Virus record (IMG/VR): IMGVR_UViG_3300033073_001045
Span: 32,001 to 96,000 of that record
Origin: a virus
Lineage: Duplodnaviria > Caudoviricetes
DNA: 64,000 nucleotides
Direction: 5' to 3' (one strand)
The position numbers and the translations under genes are program-made. Shown one piece after another: positions 49,343 to 58,778 of this stretch (its first letter is position 1; every line of letters starts with the position of its first letter). The notes under the pieces were generated by a model. That model did no database searches and was not told where the DNA came from. It saw only the letters and a list, made by a program, of their open reading frames with translations.

Positions 49343-50293
49343 TTATCCTAACACAACTACTTTAAATTCTCCAGCTGAAGGTGCAACTGCAAAATCAATA
49401 GTTACTGTATCTGCATTTGTATGTTTTACATCTGCTTCAACTTGTGCATATGGTGTTGATGCCTGATATATCTGCACAATTACATCTGTTGTATTTAAAT
49501 TATGTGTTACAGTATATGAGGTTGAAGATGTAGCTAAGGTCTGTGCAAATTTTCTTGCAATTGAATGGTAGTTAGCACCATCATTGGTAATTTGCCATTC
49601 TGTAGCAGACTCTTTCCATAATAAAGATACATCTGCTTCATCGCCACGCTCAACGACAATTCCAGCATCTGTAATTGGTGTTCCTTCAAAATTTGTATTA
49701 AGTTTTATTGTATTATCTACAAGATTAACTTCAGTTCTATTAATAGCATTTACTGTTCCATTTACATTTAGATTTCCATCTACTTGTAAATTGCCGCCAA
49801 TTGTAACATCGCTAGTTGTAGAAATAGTCTCAGTATTTAATGCTTCTGTATTTACTGTTCCAGTAGAAATACTTGTAGCAATAGTTACATCTGCTGGCAA
49901 ACTAATTGTTGGTGTTGATCCTTCTGATCCAGATCCACTTACTGTGATCTGATTTGTAGTTCCATTTATTCCAGATACATAATTGCCAGATGTATGTGTT
50001 CCAAGTTGAACGATTGGCATAGCATGCTGGTGATCAGCTCTAGCTACCGAACTAGATGTACCCTCTGATGCGCTATCTCCAGGTGTTATTGTTGTTGGAA
50101 CAATGCCTGTTCCAAAATCACCAGAAGCTCTAAGCCATTGTGTTCCATTAAAGAAGTATAAAAAGTGATCTGATGAATCAAAGTAAATTTGACCAGATAC
50201 TGGGTTTGAAGGCGCTGCGCCTAAATTCTGAATTCTTGCATTGAGTAGTTCATTTTTATTTAAATCAATGCTAACTAAATATTTTTTTGCCAT
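49343..50293 (-). CDS. fibre/decoration protein
   Basis: [29 protein letters not shown] and THNL.T motifs. Confidence 0.75.
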   Translation of the reverse strand: MAKKYLVSIDLNKNELLNARIQNLGAAPSNPVSGQIYFDSSDHFLYFFNGTQWLRASGDFGTGIVPTTITPGDSASEGTSSSVARADHQHAMPIVQLGTHTSGNYVSGINGTTNQITVSGSGSEGSTPTISLPADVTIATSISTGTVNTEALNTETISTTSDVTIGGNLQVDGNLNVNGTVNAINRTEVNLVDNTIKLNTNFEGTPITDAGIVVERGDEADVSLLWKESATEWQITNDGANYHSIARKFAQTLATSSTSYTVTHNLNTTDVIVQIYQASTPYAQVEADVKHTNADTVTIDFAVAPSAGEFKVVVLG

Positions 50294-50307
50294 TTGCTAT
50301 CTCCCTT

Positions 50308-50754
50308 TTAAGACAGGTAAACTGTCCCTGAAAATGGCTGAGCCATTGTCAATGTTATTTTGTTTAAAGAGCTGTACTCTATACCAGTTTCTAAAATATC
50401 TCCTGCACTTGATTTTACTGTAGCGTTTGGACTAAATCCTAAGCCGTGATTTATTTCAACAGAATATATCCCATCAACTGGCCCTACCAATTGATTGAGT
50501 TCCCAAGATGCTTGAAAGTGTTCTGGTGCATTATTTAAAAATATTACTGTTGCATCTGCCCAGGAACTATCTGATCTTTTTGGACCGTAGAACTCAGTTG
50601 TTTCGGTATTATAATAAAAATCGCCAAGCAAACCTAAATTATTTGCTGGCGCTGCAGAACCATTTAAAATAGTTTTTCCTCTTGGTCCTTGTGGGCCAGG
50701 AGTAGAAACTATAACCTGATTTTTTGTTTCTTTAACAATTACTTTTTCGGACAT
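50308..50754 (-). CDS. virion-associated protein with short collagen motif
   Basis: PGPQGPRG; I.HGLGF.P. Confidence 0.7.
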   Translation of the reverse strand: MSEKVIVKETKNQVIVSTPGPQGPRGKTILNGSAAPANNLGLLGDFYYNTETTEFYGPKRSDSSWADATVIFLNNAPEHFQASWELNQLVGPVDGIYSVEINHGLGFSPNATVKSSAGDILETGIEYSSLNKITLTMAQPFSGTVYLS

Positions 50755-51104
50755 TATATGGTTACCGATCTGCTGAGAGTTATAAAACCTTCAAGGAGTT
50801 TTATTTTATTCCCATTAGAATCGATGACCATAATGTCGTAAGACGACTTTGGATAGAACAGTTTATTTGTTTGAGTTGGTGTCATTTTAACGTTAAGTGT
50901 GCCAGTTGGCCCATCTATTGTTATTCCTCCAGATGGAGATGTTAAAGTGAATGCTAGTTTAGATCCACCTTTTGTATCTCTAACCTGTAACTTTGCCGAT
51001 GCACCAGTAAGATCAATAGCTGTTACTTCATCTTCTTGTGTATATTGCACTTGAAAATCGAAGGTAGCATTTTGATCTACTTCAAAGTTTTTCTGTACTG
51101 CCAT
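50754..51104 (-). CDS. BppU/LtfC-like adaptor protein
   Basis: VDQNATF...IDLTGASAKLQVR...YDI...LLEG. Confidence 0.7.
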   Translation of the reverse strand: MAVQKNFEVDQNATFDFQVQYTQEDEVTAIDLTGASAKLQVRDTKGGSKLAFTLTSPSGGITIDGPTGTLNVKMTPTQTNKLFYPKSSYDIMVIDSNGNKIKLLEGFITLSRSVTI

Positions 51105-51122
51105 TTGCCATAGTCTCCTAAA

Positions 51123-51164
51123 TAGGAATACTCCTGTACCAATTTTAGCACAGGAGTATTTCTA
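51123..51164 (-). promoter_or_regulatory. 15-bp inverted repeat (terminator-like) enclosing an extended -10 element
   Basis: TAGGAATACTCCTGT / ACAGGAGTATTTCTA (14/15 match); GTGCTAAAAT on the minus strand at 51151-51142. Confidence 0.55.
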
Positions 51165-51173
51165 ATTGACTAT

Positions 51174-51416
51174 TTATTTAGATTCTGATGTGAATCCAAA
51201 TTCTTTATTACTTGGACTTAGAGCCTTAAGAATAACTGGAGCTACCGCAGCAATTCCACCCATAAGGAGGTCCTTTGGATTTGTGTTTCCAGTCATGTAA
51301 AGTGCAATTGCAGCTGATAGGAATGCTCTAGCATATGTTCCTAGTGCTGCTAGGATTTGCTCTGTCATCGTTACCTTTCCGTCTTTGTTTAAATCCGCTT
51401 TATCGAATTTAGCCAT
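51174..51416 (-). CDS. holin-like membrane protein with EF-hand-like N-terminus
   Basis: GGAG RBS before ATG 51416; DLNKDGKVT loop; two hydrophobic helices; final FG motif. Confidence 0.6.
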   Translation of the reverse strand: MAKFDKADLNKDGKVTMTEQILAALGTYARAFLSAAIALYMTGNTNPKDLLMGGIAAVAPVILKALSPSNKEFGFTSESK

Positions 51417-51483
51417 TTTATCATCTCCATTTTGGGCGTCATGCCCAGAATTTTGGGGTAAACCCAATACCATAATTCTATCA

Positions 51484-53418
51484 CTATGCAGAAATATCTA
51501 CAAGTTCACAATTCCCATCTGAACTACAAGCAAGCGTTGCATTTGTTGAAGTACCGTCTTCTGTCTCATAAAAAGATAAGTCTTCCCATCTAATATTTTT
51601 TGGCATTTTTGCAAGAAGTTCCTGATACTCTTCTTTTGATACTTCCTGGTATGGAGCCTGCTTATAAGAGTGATCTGAATGCGGAAGAAATGAAATTCCA
51701 GATACTTCGTCAAAGTGCTTATATACCCAAGCACCAACTTCCATCCATTCGTCTTCTTTTACTGAAACAGTAATTGATGGCTTGTGCTCGCACCATGCAC
51801 GTTGATAGACAAGCCAAATATTTAAATGCTCTAGTGCTGTCAAATCATTTCTAACTACAGCACCTTCTGGGGCTTTTACTGGAAATGAAAAAACATATGT
51901 ATCATTTGGCTTCATGACATCATCTTCAACTGGGATACCAACCTCTTTAAAAAATGTTGAGATTGGGTCGCCTTTTGAACCACGAACTGTACGAATATAA
52001 TATTGCGAATGCCATGGATGCATTCCTGAAGATACCCCGACCAATTGGGATACTGTACCAGAAGGCTTTACGCATGTAATAGCTGCAGACACAGGAATCC
52101 CAATTTTCCCAGCCTCTTCTGTATTAATTTCTCTTGCACGTTCACGCATTGACATTAGGAATGCTTCAAGAGCAACAATATCTTCCTTGCCAGACATAAA
52201 CTTATGTCCAAACTGTCCAGTCAAAGAAACTCCAAGAAGTCTTTCTTCTTCTGTATTGTCTTTCCATATCTTTCGAAGATATTTAAAATCAGTTAGGGTT
52301 GACTGCCACGTTCCAAGAATTGTAGCAAGCTCAACTTTGCGTTTAATGTCTTCTTTTGTATCCTTTTCACGTAGTACGACTTCTGAAAGATTACAAAACT
52401 GATAGGGACGTAGAATAATTTCTGAGCACGGATTAGTTCCGTAATGGATTTCAGGGTCTCTGAGACCATATTTAGCCGCTTGTTTCTGCGCTGCTGCGAC
52501 ATTATAGATTCCACGTTCGCCAGACTTTGAGTCATAAAGAGATTTCCATTCTGCAATAAATTGTTCCATCTCTGGTTTGCGAGAATACGCAACAGAGTTA
52601 TTAGACAAAGCTCTCTGTGGGTTATTCTCCCACCAATTACCAGATTTTGCTTGCGCCATTTCAATATCATTAATGTTAGATAGAGAAATCATAGCTGATC
52701 TACGTACACCACCAACAACAACTACCTCACCAATTTTGCACATAATATCATGAGCCTCAATTGGCTTTAACTGACGACCTGCTGCATTTTTAAATTTTGC
52801 AATAGTGAAATCAAAAAGGTTTATAAGTGGTTGTGGTCCAGATGATCGACCACCCATTGTTTTAAGTCTTGCTCCAGCTGGACGAACTTTAGAAACATCA
52901 ACTGCTGGGATGTGACCAGTCCATAAAAGTGCTAAAAGTTCACGATATGCTTTAGCCCAACCTTGTTTTGAGTCTTCAACAACAATTACTGTATCAGATT
53001 TTTCTAATGATTCAGGAACGGCAGGAAGCTTATTAACGTACTTATACTCAACAGAGAAACCAACACCTGTTCCGCACATCAAGATATACATAGTTTCATC
53101 AAATGATCTTGGTGAGTCAACTGGAACAAATGAACAGTTATATCCAGCAACATTATCTCTTTCTAATGCTGCTCCAGATGTCATTACAGAGCGCATAGAA
53201 GGCATTACATTTCTATCAAATACAAATTTTTTTAACTCATCAACTAATTTTTGATCTGGTGAGTAATCATAATTATTTTTTAAATGCTTTGTCATAAAGT
53301 CAAAGTATCTATCTACAGTTTCACCCCATGTTTCTCTTCTTCCTTCTGAATCTACCCACTTTGCATAACGTGATAGAGCAATAAAGTTTTCATAAGGGTT
53401 TTCTATAGTTTTTGACAT
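51484..53418 (-). CDS. nrdJ: class II (adenosylcobalamin-dependent) ribonucleotide reductase
   Basis: NCSF, GGVRRSA, TNPCSEI, CNLSEV and TCVKPSGT motifs; C-terminal Cys pair; no adjacent beta-subunit gene. Confidence 0.88.
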   Translation of the reverse strand: MSKTIENPYENFIALSRYAKWVDSEGRRETWGETVDRYFDFMTKHLKNNYDYSPDQKLVDELKKFVFDRNVMPSMRSVMTSGAALERDNVAGYNCSFVPVDSPRSFDETMYILMCGTGVGFSVEYKYVNKLPAVPESLEKSDTVIVVEDSKQGWAKAYRELLALLWTGHIPAVDVSKVRPAGARLKTMGGRSSGPQPLINLFDFTIAKFKNAAGRQLKPIEAHDIMCKIGEVVVVGGVRRSAMISLSNINDIEMAQAKSGNWWENNPQRALSNNSVAYSRKPEMEQFIAEWKSLYDSKSGERGIYNVAAAQKQAAKYGLRDPEIHYGTNPCSEIILRPYQFCNLSEVVLREKDTKEDIKRKVELATILGTWQSTLTDFKYLRKIWKDNTEEERLLGVSLTGQFGHKFMSGKEDIVALEAFLMSMRERAREINTEEAGKIGIPVSAAITCVKPSGTVSQLVGVSSGMHPWHSQYYIRTVRGSKGDPISTFFKEVGIPVEDDVMKPNDTYVFSFPVKAPEGAVVRNDLTALEHLNIWLVYQRAWCEHKPSITVSVKEDEWMEVGAWVYKHFDEVSGISFLPHSDHSYKQAPYQEVSKEEYQELLAKMPKNIRWEDLSFYETEDGTSTNATLACSSDGNCELVDISA

Positions 53419-53554
53419 TTATCCGACCTTTTCTCCGCCTTGCGGTTTATTTTAATGTAAGATTCCAATTCTACCAAAACAAACTTCTTTAAGGAAGAAG
53501 TTACAAAAAGTTTTTTACTTTCTTAATAATTTTTATTAGTCAACTATTTTAGTC

Positions 53555-53582
53555 TTGACATCGAAAATAGAAATAGTATACT
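53555..53582 (+). promoter_or_regulatory. sigma70-type promoter firing into a G-tract/AT-rich non-coding region
   Basis: TTGACA-16-TATACT. Confidence 0.55.
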
Positions 53583-53677
53583 TTTTGTAGGGGGGTCGGG
53601 GGGTCAGTAAATCAATAAATTAATAATATATTATATATAAGTATTACTTTATATACTGTTTATTCTAGTCAACTGAC

Positions 53678-53707
53678 TTGACAGTAACTTAATTTCAATG
53701 CTATTAT
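53678..53707 (+). promoter_or_regulatory. sigma70-type promoter of the transglycosylase operon
   Basis: TTGACA-18-TATTAT with extended TG; AAAGGAGG RBS downstream. Confidence 0.65.
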
Positions 53708-53734
53708 TATAGTTCGTTATCTCTAAAGGAGGAA

Positions 53735-54286
53735 ATGCCAATGGAGAATATAAAACAAAAGCTTAGTGATTTTGTTCATAGTACGACTGCAATTGTAATG
53801 ATAACATTATTTTTGTTCTCGAACAATACCTTGACAACAGCACATGCTTTAACAGTAAAACCAAAGACAGAAGTACAACTTAAGAAAGAAACCTTAGACA
53901 AGTACAGCAACACTGTTTATAAGCCTTCTGACCAACTTTCAGGGGAAGAATTAAAAGATCTTCTCTGGGCTGTTGGATTTGAAGGAAAAGCCCTTAAAAC
54001 GGCTTGGGCCATTGCTATGAGGGAGTCCAATGGACGACCAAAAGCTTACAATGGTAACAGAGCAACTGGAGACAGTTCTTATGGAATTTTTCAGATCAAT
54101 ATGTTGGGTAACCTCGGCGTAGATCGTAAAGAAAAATTTGACCTGACGTCAAATGCACTATTATTTGACCCAGTAAAAAACGCAGAGATAACGTATTACA
54201 TGACGAACGGCGGCCAAGATTGGTCATCATGGAAAGGGTTAACACCCAGAGCTCAGGAATTTTATTTAAAGTTCCCACAAAGTTGA
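53735..54286 (+). CDS. secreted lysozyme-fold lytic transglycosylase (SLT-like)
   Basis: N-terminal hydrophobic signal; AIAMRESNG catalytic Glu; YGIFQIN; L.DP..NA; W..W. Confidence 0.85.
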   Translation: MPMENIKQKLSDFVHSTTAIVMITLFLFSNNTLTTAHALTVKPKTEVQLKKETLDKYSNTVYKPSDQLSGEELKDLLWAVGFEGKALKTAWAIAMRESNGRPKAYNGNRATGDSSYGIFQINMLGNLGVDRKEKFDLTSNALLFDPVKNAEITYYMTNGGQDWSSWKGLTPRAQEFYLKFPQS

Positions 54287-54298
54287 TCGGAGAGGGTT

Positions 54299-54523
54299 AT
54301 GCAAAAGATACAATACGTATCTAAGTACATAGCTCTTGCAGAGGAAGGCCTTGTTCCTAGGATATTATGCCCAATGGATCAGGGCCTTCTTCTATGCAAC
54401 CAGGATATAGATGATAGTATATACTTATATTGTCTTTCTTGTAATTATAAAAAAACAATTGGTGTGTCTATGTATCAATCAATTATGGAGGCTGTGAGGA
54501 AAAATAGTGAGCATTTACATTAA
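54299..54523 (+). CDS. Zn-ribbon protein
   Basis: CPMD...CLSC. Confidence 0.7.
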   Translation: MQKIQYVSKYIALAEEGLVPRILCPMDQGLLLCNQDIDDSIYLYCLSCNYKKTIGVSMYQSIMEAVRKNSEHLH

Positions 54524-55499
54524 TGATATTAAATTCCCAGATAATCACTTATTTGATGTGATAGTTGATCCAATATTTTTAAATTTATCTTCAGAGGGGT
54601 CTTCAAATAATAAACCTTTGCATACAAAAATGTTAGTTCAATGGATACAGCATGGAATGACAATTGTTGTTGATGGTAATAATTTAATGGTTAAAAAAAT
54701 ATCAATTGATCCTGCCTCAAATAAAACACCATTTTATTTTATGCACATATATAAAAATTCTGGACTTTCTTTAAAAGAAGAGCTAATGAAATATTTTATA
54801 GGTGAGCAGGTATATATTAATTTTATTGGCCATGTTAATGATGATGAACTTCTTACATCAAAGTTAATATCAGGACATTTTGCTTCATATCCAACTGATC
54901 TATATCAAAAATATGATAAAAAGTTGCATACAGTTTCTATATTTAGAGATCCAGTAGATAGAACAATAAGCCACTTTCTGTATGAAAATAATTTAAGAAC
55001 AATGGAAGCCAGACAAAATAAAAATATGCCAACCGTAGAGGATATGGATATATTTTTATCTGATCATAATAATTTTAGTATTATAAAAGATCTACAGTCT
55101 AAGAACCTTACATCTACAATGGATACAGAGCTATCTAACAAGGTTGCCCAATCATTATTTACTGGAGAGTCAGACATACATCATTCAATTATGGAGCTTG
55201 GGTCTACATCAAGATTTATTTCTAGCTCAACAGACGAATCTAATTGGCGTAATCACTTGCAAAAACTATCTTTATATGGAACCACTAATAATAGAGATAA
55301 ATTTTTAAATGATCTTGTTGGCCTTCTTAATTATGAAAAATATGAGGCTGATGGAATTAGAAATATTGTAGTAAATAGAAATCCATATTCTACAGAACAA
55401 TTCAAGAAGTTGTTGCCTAAAAGAATGATAGAATATATTAAAGATTTTAATCAGAACGATATGGCGCTTTATGAACACCTTTTGTCTAAAGGATTATGA
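54507..55499 (+). CDS. sulfotransferase-family protein
   Basis: FMHIYKNSGLS (5'-PSB-like), GHF, FRDPVDRTISHF.Y (3'-PB) and terminal N..D..LY. Confidence 0.8.
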   Translation: MSIYINDIKFPDNHLFDVIVDPIFLNLSSEGSSNNKPLHTKMLVQWIQHGMTIVVDGNNLMVKKISIDPASNKTPFYFMHIYKNSGLSLKEELMKYFIGEQVYINFIGHVNDDELLTSKLISGHFASYPTDLYQKYDKKLHTVSIFRDPVDRTISHFLYENNLRTMEARQNKNMPTVEDMDIFLSDHNNFSIIKDLQSKNLTSTMDTELSNKVAQSLFTGESDIHHSIMELGSTSRFISSSTDESNWRNHLQKLSLYGTTNNRDKFLNDLVGLLNYEKYEADGIRNIVVNRNPYSTEQFKKLLPKRMIEYIKDFNQNDMALYEHLLSKGL

Positions 55500-55600
55500 T
55501 GCCTGAGTACGAGTCAAAACCAATACCAGTTACCGATGCAATGGGTAGAGAAATATTTTGGGAGGATATAGGGAGACCAGATGAACGAACAAACAAGTAA
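55496..55600 (+). CDS. small hypothetical protein, 34 aa
   Basis: MMPEYESKPIPVTDAMGREIFWEDIGRP...; ATGA coupling. Confidence 0.5.
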   Translation: MMPEYESKPIPVTDAMGREIFWEDIGRPDERTNK

Positions 55601-55772
55601 TTTAGAAGAGAACCTACCAATGGTTAATTACATAATGCTTCATAGAATTTATGACGTGTTAACTATTATGGCAAATGCGGTAGATCCAGATAAAACATCT
55701 AAGATGATTGATCTTCATGAGCAAGGATTCCTTCTTGGCCCAGCACCTTCATTTACACCAAGCGAGGAATAA
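55581..55772 (+). CDS. hypothetical protein
   Basis: 63 aa; GGAG RBS. Confidence 0.7.
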   Translation: MNEQTSNLEENLPMVNYIMLHRIYDVLTIMANAVDPDKTSKMIDLHEQGFLLGPAPSFTPSEE

Positions 55773-57160
55773 TGGTAGCACCATTTTTTTATAAAAAAAG
55801 AAAGCATCCCTTTGTTCCAAGACCAATAACAAAGAAATATTTTTATAAAAGCGGACTAGATTTAAAGGTTTCAAATTTTATAGACCCAAAAGAAATGCTT
55901 TTTAAGTCTTGGAAAAATAAGGCAGATATGTTTTTAGAAATATCTAAAAAGCATGGACCATTTTCTTCGTTTTTTATTGCAAATGAATTAACTTTTACAA
56001 TTTTTGATCCTGCTGATGTATATGAAGTTCTTATTGGTAAACAAAATCAATTTATAAAAGGTAATGCCTGGAATAGAATTAGAAAATTTGCTGGCGATGG
56101 TCTTGTAACAGCAGAAGAACCTAACCACATGAAAAATAGAAGGTATATACAGCCACATTTTAATCATAAAAAAATTGTAGATGACTATTCAAAGGTAATG
56201 ATTAAAAAAGTTACAGAAAGACAAAATCTATATCTAGATTCAAATAAAAAAATGGATCTTCACAACGAGATGGTTTCTTTAGTATTTGATATAGTTATAG
56301 AATCTTTATTTGGCATAACAGAAAAGGTTGATTCAATCCCTGTTAAAAAGAATATGGAAATAGCAATGGATTCTGTTGAGAGAACTATTGCTCCTGGTTT
56401 AGATAGATACGATTTTACATCACTTCCTATATTTAAAAAGTTTAGAACTGCATCTTTAGACCTACATGATTTTGCAATAAATTTAATAGCAAAAAGAAAG
56501 TCTGATAAGTCTGAACATGATGACTTACTTTCTCTTTTAATTGACTCATATATGACAGATGATCAAATATCTGATGAAGTCATAACAATAATTTTAGCTG
56601 GATTCGAGACAACAGCAAATACGTTATCTTGGATTTTTTCTTATTTAAATGAGAATAAAGACATATACGATGAGTTAATTGAAGAATCTATAAAGATATC
56701 AAAGTCTAATAATTTTATTGAAGATATAAATTCATCTGAATTGCTTGATGGAATAATAAAGGAAACTCTTAGGCTAAAGCCATCTCTTTGGATTCTACCA
56801 AGAATGGCAGCAAATGATATATCAGTAGGAGATAAATTTATTCCAAAGGGTGCAAATGTAATTTTATCACCATACGTAACACATAGAAATGAAAGTGTAT
56901 ATATAGATCCCGAAAAATTTATACCTTCTAGATGGAACAATTCTTTTGAAAAGACATTGCCTAGGGGAGCCTATGTACCATTTAGCGCTGGTCCAAGAAA
57001 ATGTATAGGCGATCAATTTGCCTTGCTTGAAATGAAAATAATATTATGTTTATTTTCTGCAAAGTTTAAGATAAAAGTTCATGGAAAATTCCCAGAGGCG
57101 GCAGCAAGAGGAACTCTTAGACTTGCACATAGGGTTAAAATGAGTATTGAAAATGTATAG
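55772..57160 (+). CDS. cytochrome P450
   Basis: I-helix AGFETT, K-helix ETLR, PEKF.P.RW and heme motif FSAGPRKCIG. Confidence 0.95.
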   Translation: MVAPFFYKKRKHPFVPRPITKKYFYKSGLDLKVSNFIDPKEMLFKSWKNKADMFLEISKKHGPFSSFFIANELTFTIFDPADVYEVLIGKQNQFIKGNAWNRIRKFAGDGLVTAEEPNHMKNRRYIQPHFNHKKIVDDYSKVMIKKVTERQNLYLDSNKKMDLHNEMVSLVFDIVIESLFGITEKVDSIPVKKNMEIAMDSVERTIAPGLDRYDFTSLPIFKKFRTASLDLHDFAINLIAKRKSDKSEHDDLLSLLIDSYMTDDQISDEVITIILAGFETTANTLSWIFSYLNENKDIYDELIEESIKISKSNNFIEDINSSELLDGIIKETLRLKPSLWILPRMAANDISVGDKFIPKGANVILSPYVTHRNESVYIDPEKFIPSRWNNSFEKTLPRGAYVPFSAGPRKCIGDQFALLEMKIILCLFSAKFKIKVHGKFPEAAARGTLRLAHRVKMSIENV

Positions 57161-57725
57161 GATAGAACCTTCAATAGATAATTTAGAACTTTCTCATGGG
57201 CTTATTACAGAAGAAATATTGGAATACACAAGCAGTCAGCTCGATTATTTTTTAAGTTTAGTATGTAATCAGCAATTAGGTGTCAAAAACAATATTGAAT
57301 TTATTATAGAGCATGGTGACGATGTGCTTCCATATATAGTTTGTATTATATGTAAAGATAATAGTTTTTCTGTTACAATGGAAGAAAGCAAATCAATAAT
57401 ATCATTAAATCCTGGAGACCTACTAATATTTCCATCAGAAATGTCACACGGAATATCTAATCCAGATAATGCTGTAATAAAAAAGCTATTTTATAGGCAA
57501 AAGATTGATAACAGCATAGGTGACAAAAACTTTATAATTACATCAACGCTTATTGATAAATATGAAATAGTAATAAGTGCGAACTCAGAAGAAGAGGCGT
57601 TGGAAAAAGCAAAGGCCACTCCGATATCTAGTTGGAACCACCTTGATTTATATCCAGACGTCGAAGACAGAAAAATAATAAGATACGCAAAATGGAATAA
57701 TTTTTCAGCAAAAGCTATTGACTAA
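57147..57725 (+). CDS. oxygenase/cupin-like protein with extra C-terminal domain
   Basis: HGD...PGDLLIFPS...HGI; then YEIVISANSEEEALEKA module. Confidence 0.55.
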   Translation: MKMYRIEPSIDNLELSHGLITEEILEYTSSQLDYFLSLVCNQQLGVKNNIEFIIEHGDDVLPYIVCIICKDNSFSVTMEESKSIISLNPGDLLIFPSEMSHGISNPDNAVIKKLFYRQKIDNSIGDKNFIITSTLIDKYEIVISANSEEEALEKAKATPISSWNHLDLYPDVEDRKIIRYAKWNNFSAKAID

Positions 57726-57746
57726 TAACATAGCCTGCTTTATAAT
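57718..57746 (+). promoter_or_regulatory. near-consensus sigma70 promoter
   Basis: TTGACT-17-TATAAT. Confidence 0.75.
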
Positions 57747-57751
57747 TATTT

Positions 57752-57821
57752 ATTGAGAGTCGAGTCTACTCCTCTTATTAATGCCTACTATGGATCCGCC
57801 TCCTGGTAGGCATTAATTTTT
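57752..57821 (+). ncRNA. candidate ~70-nt small RNA
   Basis: Bounded by the promoter and a 14-bp hairpin plus T5; no ORF; the loop reads TGGATCCGCCTCC. Confidence 0.5.
57777..57821 (+). terminator. intrinsic terminator hairpin
   Basis: ATTAATGCCTACTA / TGGTAGGCATTAAT, then TTTT. Confidence 0.75.
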
Positions 57822-58527
57822 ATATGCTAATACACTTTTCAAGAGCGAGTTGATATTTTGCATTAACAATATCAAGACTAATTGCATCTGATAGTTCTGT
57901 AAATTTATTTTTTACAAGATCATAATTTTCTGTTCTATTTACTGGATTTACTACTATGTGGTTTACAGCAAAAGATGTATGTATATCAGCATAATCATCT
58001 GCCTCATCATACGCATTATCATCCCAATCTTCGTACCCAGCTTTTGCTAGAATGTCCTTAACTACAAGTTTTCTTTTTATAGGATCGGTAGTGTCTTCAA
58101 ATCTATATGATAGATGAGAATCATCTGTTCCACTTATAATTGCGTCAAGATATCTTTCAGTTTTCTTTAATACCAGTCCAGCCATTCTAATAAAATAAAG
58201 ATCGTTTGTAAGAAGTTGCGTACCAAGAACATTTTCGTTAAGCGGTGTTGTTCCTTCAGCTACAGCTTTTTCAGCATACTTTTGTGCATTTGTTAATGTC
58301 AGTACTAAATCTGATACAGCTATGTCATAAGGATTTCTTACAACTGCAACCTGTATTTGATTTTCATGAGATGTCTTCCATAGGTTTATTTTTGAGCTAT
58401 TAGTAGACTCTAGGTCAATTTTTTCAAAATATAGGCTTCCCTTAGTAGGCAACATATTTCTAATAAGCGTAGACATGTATGTACTAGATGTGCGGCGCTG
58501 AGAATTAAACAGGATCTTTTTAATCAT
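57820..58527 (-). CDS. sulfotransferase-like P-loop protein
   Basis: QRRTSSTY (PRSGTT-like), VVRNPYD.A.S and YRFED; leaderless start. Confidence 0.6.
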   Translation of the reverse strand: MIKKILFNSQRRTSSTYMSTLIRNMLPTKGSLYFEKIDLESTNSSKINLWKTSHENQIQVAVVRNPYDIAVSDLVLTLTNAQKYAEKAVAEGTTPLNENVLGTQLLTNDLYFIRMAGLVLKKTERYLDAIISGTDDSHLSYRFEDTTDPIKRKLVVKDILAKAGYEDWDDNAYDEADDYADIHTSFAVNHIVVNPVNRTENYDLVKNKFTELSDAISLDIVNAKYQLALEKCISI

Positions 58528-58598
58528 ATATAGAATTATAGCATCTTGATCATTTAAGTGCAGTGCGAAAAGTGAAAAGTGCGGCGGGAGAAGAAGAG

Positions 58599-58778
58599 AT
58601 GTATAATTATCTTATGAGTCCTAGATATTTTGCCAAATTTAGTCAGCATCCTAGAGCTGAGGATCAATGGTATCATTTTACCCCAAAGGGCTATATAGAC
58701 AATTCTCCAGAATTTAAGCTACATGTATTAAAACTTAGGCTTTTTATGCTCATAAAGCGTTTCTTTAGAATCAAGTAA
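58599..58778 (+). CDS. possible small hypothetical protein
   Basis: MYNYLMSPRYFAKF... after a purine-rich RBS; overlaps the 3' end of a convergent gene. Confidence 0.35.
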   Translation: MYNYLMSPRYFAKFSQHPRAEDQWYHFTPKGYIDNSPEFKLHVLKLRLFMLIKRFFRIK

